Shown here: one piece after another, positions 21,422 to 26,314 of the stretch | Layout: each line of letters starts with the position of its first letter | Numbering within the stretch: the first letter of the stretch is position 1 | IMG/VR virus record: IMGVR_UViG_3300023105_000153 | Span: 1-26,314 of that record | DNA: 26,314 nt | From: a virus | Taxonomy: Duplodnaviria; Caudoviricetes | Direction: 5' to 3' (one strand) | Program-made: the position numbers and the translations under genes | The notes under the pieces: model-generated | The model's database searches: none | The model's input: only the letters and a program-made list of their open reading frames with translations | What the model was told of the DNA's origin: nothing

Positions 21422-23848
21422 CTATTGCCCTCTGTTTTGATTGCGCATAATCTCGCGCTGGGTTGATGCTTGTATCTTTTCTCTGGATAGCTGTTCTTGA
21501 CTCTGCAGACGATCATCAAACTGCCTGTCTCTCTGAGCCATCTTCTGCCTCTCAAGATCCAGTTTCTGCTGTCCTTCAGCTATGTCAGCCTCGGTAGCCT
21601 GTGCTTTAATATTGAGCTCCTGCTCTTTAAGCGCGATCAACGGATCACCACCCTGTCCACCGCCCATAATCTGCTGGCTCATTTGGCGAACATTCTGCAT
21701 TTCCTGTGCGATCAGTTGTGCGGTCTGTGTCTCAATATCAAGCATCTGCTCTTCAGTAACCTGCTGGTTACCGTTTTGTTGCATAAAGGCCATAGCCACT
21801 TGTTCTCTGGCTTTAAGCTTTATGTGCTCTAAAACGTGCTTCTGCAGAGCTACAGCTAACCCAACGGTGCTTTGAACTACCCCAGAGGCCATAAACGTCA
21901 AATGCGCCATGATATGGGCATCGTGGTCCTGACCCTCAAAGGCTTTCAAACCAATGTTATCAAGCACGTCGATGTGCTCTTGCGCCGGATCTTTAGGCAC
22001 AGGCTCTTGCTCTGGAGGAGCCTGTAGAATCTTGTCAATGTCCCTAACCCCAAGAGCCTCGTACATACGACGGAAAGCTTCATGCTGGTTGTGCAACTGC
22101 GGGGCCTGCATGGCCATCTCTAGCTGAGATTGTGCTAAAGCAATGCGCTGGGCTTGAGAGAATATGTTTGGATTAGATACGGGAACAACGTCCACACGGT
22201 CATCAAAGTCTGCCGCCATGATGCTTTGGTCACCACCGGCCACAGAATACGGGTATTCCTGCGGCAAGTAATCGGCCATCACTCTGGCTAATAGCTTGAA
22301 CTCTATGCGCATGGCATAGTGCAGACGCTTGTGGATGGCACTCATTACACGAGTCCCTTGTTCCAACATAGCTACTGTGGTGCCTACCGCGGCTTGCTGA
22401 TTACCATCGCCAACCTTCAGATCGGTAATGGTGGCAAACCTTTGTGCCGCACCCACAACAAAACCAAGCAAGTTAAACAGCGTATTGTCCGGGCCTTTGA
22501 AAGGCAACGGCATCAAACTGTCACGTATGGCTCCTCCCGGCGCATCGACATCTCTAAACTCACCGGGCTGGAGTGGTTCGCTGTCTTCACGTATGCGAAG
22601 ACCCCGGGCTTTAAAGCCCGCCGGTAAGTTGGACAACGTGCCTGCATCAATAAGCTGTCTTAAAGCCGCTGTAGCCGTGCGAGATAGGCCGCCAATTGTA
22701 TGGATTAGGCCAAGGCCATAAAAGCCGAGCCCGGGAAGAAACTTGTAATGCACAAAGTATTGAATCTTATTGCGCATAGGATCATCTTCACGATAATTCC
22801 GCCTAATTGCGAGAATCTGGCCATTATCTTGGCTAATTGTCACAATATACGGCAGTTTTATCCCTGTCATTTCGTCGTCTTCTCCGGTGTCTTCAAAGCC
22901 GGGAAGATCAAGTTCCACGTGGAACTCTAACAAAGTGCAGTCATAATTGATCGTGGATGGTGTAACCCCTTGAATTTTATCAATTTCTTGGGTTATGTCG
23001 TTCGTTTCTTCCTGTGCAGGGGTAACGGGTATATCTAAATAGAACCCCGCCACCTGTCTTTTCCGCAGATCATTCGCGGACATCGGTACAATTTGAGCAA
23101 TCAAAGGCGACGTTTCTAGATTAGTCGCTTCGTAAGGAACGATAAGGTTTTCTGCAGGAACAAACGTACTTACGGCTCGTTCCAAAGCCTCATCATAGTA
23201 AATCTTTTTGAAAGCAGAACCGGCCAAGGGCAAGTAAAACAGCATCTGATCAAACTCAGGTGTGTATTCTTCCATCACGTTAGTCAAGTAGTAGTTCATA
23301 AACTCCTTGACGCGATTGGCTTGGTCGGACTTCTCTTTATCTGGAGCACCCATAACGGCAGTGCGCACGGGGCCCCCAGCAGGCAAGAGCTCATTAAACG
23401 CTTGTGCCTGAAACTGCGTAGCGGCTTCAGCTAGAACCGGGTGGGTTACACCCGTGGCTCCCCGGAAAGGCTCGGTTTTTTCTTTGTAAGTAAAACCAAG
23501 TAGCTCCAAACCTTTGGAATACGTTTCTTCCCAATCATGTCGAGAAGATTTGCAGGAATCATACTCAGCCAGTAGCTCGTTAGAAATGACTCCCAAGTCA
23601 GAATTTGATAGTTCTTCGGCCAGATTACGATAAAAATCGCCCTCATCAACATTTGCGGCAGTAGGGTCAAAATCAATGATTGCCCCGCCTTCCTCATCTA
23701 TCTCAATCTCGATGCCTTCTGGAGCAGTGCCCGACATCATTAACGTGCCGGGAGACTCTATTTCAATGTCATCTTCTGCATCAATCAGCATAGGATCGTC
23801 AGAAGACCTATCCATCAGAGAAGCCATTGGGCGATTATTCTCTGCCAT
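21422..23848 (-). CDS. portal protein
   Basis: 808 aa; SR.DWE..Y.KGL.LLG, GATGVTHPVLAEAATQFQA, DQMLFYLPLAGSAFKKIY, PGLGFYGLGL, LRQLIDAGTLSNLPAGFK; Gln-rich coiled-coil tail; lies between terminase and head genes. Confidence 0.85.
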   Translation of the reverse strand: MAENNRPMASLMDRSSDDPMLIDAEDDIEIESPGTLMMSGTAPEGIEIEIDEEGGAIIDFDPTAANVDEGDFYRNLAEELSNSDLGVISNELLAEYDSCKSSRHDWEETYSKGLELLGFTYKEKTEPFRGATGVTHPVLAEAATQFQAQAFNELLPAGGPVRTAVMGAPDKEKSDQANRVKEFMNYYLTNVMEEYTPEFDQMLFYLPLAGSAFKKIYYDEALERAVSTFVPAENLIVPYEATNLETSPLIAQIVPMSANDLRKRQVAGFYLDIPVTPAQEETNDITQEIDKIQGVTPSTINYDCTLLEFHVELDLPGFEDTGEDDEMTGIKLPYIVTISQDNGQILAIRRNYREDDPMRNKIQYFVHYKFLPGLGFYGLGLIHTIGGLSRTATAALRQLIDAGTLSNLPAGFKARGLRIREDSEPLQPGEFRDVDAPGGAIRDSLMPLPFKGPDNTLFNLLGFVVGAAQRFATITDLKVGDGNQQAAVGTTVAMLEQGTRVMSAIHKRLHYAMRIEFKLLARVMADYLPQEYPYSVAGGDQSIMAADFDDRVDVVPVSNPNIFSQAQRIALAQSQLEMAMQAPQLHNQHEAFRRMYEALGVRDIDKILQAPPEQEPVPKDPAQEHIDVLDNIGLKAFEGQDHDAHIMAHLTFMASGVVQSTVGLAVALQKHVLEHIKLKAREQVAMAFMQQNGNQQVTEEQMLDIETQTAQLIAQEMQNVRQMSQQIMGGGQGGDPLIALKEQELNIKAQATEADIAEGQQKLDLERQKMAQRDRQFDDRLQSQEQLSREKIQASTQREIMRNQNRGQ

Positions 23849-23850
23849 AT

Positions 23851-25302
23851 TTAACCCCTTTGACGCTCCATAATGCGGTCAATTGAAGACACCATGTCAC
23901 TATTGATCATGCCGCCCATCTGGTTGGTCATAGAACCTAATCCGCCGTAACGCTGATTCAGGGCCGTGGTCCGATCGTCCACAATCCCGCCCTGCGCAAA
24001 GGGGGCCGTCCCTGTACGATTACGATCAATGCGCAGTTCTTCTACCGCTTTCATCATCGTATCGTCAGAAATGTTATCTGTCTCAGCTTTGTAAATCATC
24101 TGTGCTCGTCGTATGGCTTCTTGATCATTACCGGCCTCTTTCATCATGCGCTCGTAAGTCTCCATAGCACTCTTAGCCTGCTGGATAGTCATATTTTCCA
24201 GATCATCGGTCGTCATGCTTTCTAGAGCTTTCTGGCCAGAAGGCTTGAAAAGATCCTGAAAACGCTCACCTAGACCATAAAGCATAGATCCTATGCCGCC
24301 AGCTTCGCCACCGTTAGCAAATCCTGTCAAATTTATACCTAATCTTTCGGATACTTCATTCATATCTAAACCTTGCCTACGCGCTTCATCCGCTATACGA
24401 AAAGCACGTTCCTCTTGGGTGTAATCACCTTTGCCTACTGCACCTTGGTCCGAAGCTAAATACTCTAGCTGTCTGTTTGGGTCCGAGATCCGCGATAAGG
24501 GATCAATGGACATATTTGTTCGGGTTAAGTATTGCCCTACTTGGTTCGCGGACACCGGACCGCTAATACCAAACTTTGCGGTAATATCCGGAGTCAAAGC
24601 ACCCGCAATGTCTTGACGAGACAAACCTTGTGATGCGGCATAGTCAGTAATACGCTGGGCCGCGATCTCTCCCCGGGGAGACGTGTTGATAATGTTTGCA
24701 ATAGTTTCTTGAGTGCTTAAAGCTCTCGGCTGTGCCTCTGCCTCTGCCTCTGGCTGGGGTGTTATAGGTGGTAGCTTATCAAAATTTAGCATTGGACCGG
24801 GGGTAGGGGAATAAGCGGGACGTTGCTCCACTTCCCACCAGCGACGTTCTTGCGAGGGCAAATACTGCTGTCTTTCTTCCGCAGTCATCAAAGGACGGCC
24901 CGCGACCCGGATGTCATCTAGCGTTAAGCGAGGAGGAATGACGCTGGTTATTCCATCCGTTCCGGTATCGTAGTCAGGCTGGCCTACTCGTTTAGATTTA
25001 ACGTTTGGAAAGATAGGGTTACCGTTAGAATCGGTATAAATACTTCTGTCGGTAGCTCCGGCAGGACCGTCGTTGCTAAAGTTGGTAGAGACAAACTTCA
25101 TCTTATCCGGGTCCCACTGGGACGGAGAGAAGTCAAAACCACGGGTAGCAAAGTACCGGCTTACGGCCTTGTCAAAAACGTCCATGTCATATCCGCTGTT
25201 TTGCGCTAAAGCAAAAGCAGACTGATAGAACTGAGTACCCTGAGCGTCAGAAAAACTAGATCCTAACCCAACCAAGGCATCATAAATTTCGTCTTCGGTC
25301 AT
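23851..25302 (-). CDS. hypothetical protein (low-complexity, possibly virion-internal)
   Basis: 483-aa open frame filling the terminase-portal gap; FANGG and FAQGG motifs; no recognisable domain. Confidence 0.7.
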   Translation of the reverse strand: MTEDEIYDALVGLGSSFSDAQGTQFYQSAFALAQNSGYDMDVFDKAVSRYFATRGFDFSPSQWDPDKMKFVSTNFSNDGPAGATDRSIYTDSNGNPIFPNVKSKRVGQPDYDTGTDGITSVIPPRLTLDDIRVAGRPLMTAEERQQYLPSQERRWWEVEQRPAYSPTPGPMLNFDKLPPITPQPEAEAEAQPRALSTQETIANIINTSPRGEIAAQRITDYAASQGLSRQDIAGALTPDITAKFGISGPVSANQVGQYLTRTNMSIDPLSRISDPNRQLEYLASDQGAVGKGDYTQEERAFRIADEARRQGLDMNEVSERLGINLTGFANGGEAGGIGSMLYGLGERFQDLFKPSGQKALESMTTDDLENMTIQQAKSAMETYERMMKEAGNDQEAIRRAQMIYKAETDNISDDTMMKAVEELRIDRNRTGTAPFAQGGIVDDRTTALNQRYGGLGSMTNQMGGMINSDMVSSIDRIMERQRG

Positions 25303-25308
25303 ATGATA

Positions 25309-26314
25309 TTACCCGTAGTATGCAACCGTAACCCGCATATCGTCTTCGTCTTCAAAATCGTCAGAAGGCAACTGAACAAAATTTCCCTGACGGTAACGCA
25401 TCAACGCCTGCGTGGTACTATCCACCAAGTCGTCGTGCTCACCATTAGGGAATGCGGCGCATTCTTCAACCAACTCCTCGGCCCAAGATGCATCCGGAAC
25501 CCATACCATCCCGCTCTCCAAAAGCGGTGCGATACTATGAACCCTCGATAGCTTATCATTACCCCTTGATGGCGTAAAGTTTACCACAGGTATCCCCATA
25601 TTCCGCAATTCGTGCGTCAAAGGCATACCGCTCGCCTTCGCCTCAATAATAACCGTCTCAGGGTCCCAAAACTTATACGCCTCATACGCAACCTCTTTCA
25701 ACTCCGGAAAATCCCAACGGCCCTTCTTACTGTCCAACAAAATCAAATTCGGACCACTTCCACCCTCATTCGGATAAAACACGCCCCACGTGGTAATCGC
25801 ACTGTAGTCAGCCGACTCCTTCTTGGAAAACGCCGTATCATAACTCTGGATAACATACTCCAATTGCGGGACCGAATCCTTCTCCCAAACCTTCCACCAC
25901 TCCCGCTTCAGAATCGAGTTCTCCTCACCCGTCGGATTCTGCTGATACTGCGCGTTCCACTTGCTCGGAGGTATCGAAGCCTTGACCGCGGTCAAATCCT
26001 CCATGCTCCAATACTCCGGCCACACCGGGTCGCCAGACGGCAACTCCATCGGAAACTCCACAACTTCCCACTGATCCGCCAAAGGATCGCGGGCCATGGA
26101 CCGCACTAACTGACCCGTCAAATCCTTTTCGTGCCACCGGGTCATCACCAGTATGATCGACCCTCCGGGCTGTAAACGTTGCCTCGGTCCGCCCGTGTAC
26201 CAATCCCACGCATCATCGAAACCCGTAGTAGACATAGCCGTCTGCTCAGAGTGTGGGTCATCAATAATACACAAGTCAGCACCACGACCAGCGAGATTAG
26301 AACCAACCCCAACA
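25309..26314 (-). CDS. terL: terminase large subunit (5' part outside window)
   Basis: Frame open to the edge (VGVGSNLAGRGADLCIIDDPH, Walker B), coupling motif MTRWH, AQYQQNP, RNase-H-like nuclease motifs QSYDTAF, ADYSA, IEAKASG, FPNGEHDDLVD. Confidence 0.95.
   Translation of the reverse strand, partial: VGVGSNLAGRGADLCIIDDPHSEQTAMSTTGFDDAWDWYTGGPRQRLQPGGSIILVMTRWHEKDLTGQLVRSMARDPLADQWEVVEFPMELPSGDPVWPEYWSMEDLTAVKASIPPSKWNAQYQQNPTGEENSILKREWWKVWEKDSVPQLEYVIQSYDTAFSKKESADYSAITTWGVFYPNEGGSGPNLILLDSKKGRWDFPELKEVAYEAYKFWDPETVIIEAKASGMPLTHELRNMGIPVVNFTPSRGNDKLSRVHSIAPLLESGMVWVPDASWAEELVEECAAFPNGEHDDLVDSTTQALMRYRQGNFVQLPSDDFEDEDDMRVTVAYYG

Noticed and set aside
321-26109. All plus-strand ORFs in the track (e.g. 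3256..3504, 14124..14597, 14324..14833, 25612..26109)
   Set aside because: Antisense shadows of well-supported minus-strand genes; the Pro-rich ones simply mirror Gly codons; no recognisable motifs.
1311-26209. Nested alternative-frame minus-strand ORFs (1311..1514, 5357..5692, 12743..12940, 13115..13330, 13753..13965, 14341..14547, 14857..15258, 23446..23697, 25925..26209)
   Set aside because: Lie within or largely overlap stronger genes; the hydrophobic look of some is a frame-shift artefact of GGT/GGC runs; none has a lipobox suggesting an embedded o-spanin.

Overview
A 26.3 kb segment of a tailed dsDNA phage (Caudoviricetes) virion-morphogenesis region. The gene style resembles uncultured marine phages; the host cannot be determined from this window. 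All credible genes are on the minus strand and tightly packed, many with TAATG/ATGA stop-start overlaps. In transcription order (right to left): terminase large subunit (5' end outside the window), a 483-aa orphan, portal, small basic proteins, a lysis-type cassette (two membrane proteins, class-3 lipase, lipoprotein, holin-like protein, T4-type lysozyme, SNase-like nuclease), GroES, scaffold, head proteins and major capsid protein. A terminator overlapping a promoter follows, then a compact doubly pseudoknotted leader RNA, a cluster of small Lys-rich proteins, probable head-tail adaptors, and about 8.5 kb of modular fibre/adhesin genes built from duplicated anchors, sockets and Gly-rich tips. 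The most notable items are the leader RNA at 14243-14333, the modular fibre system at 1-7084, the lipase+lipoprotein pair in a lysis cassette with no canonical i-spanin, and a shared hydrophobic-x-x-GG motif in several small basic or orphan proteins. Family assignments come from motif recognition by eye; no searches were run.
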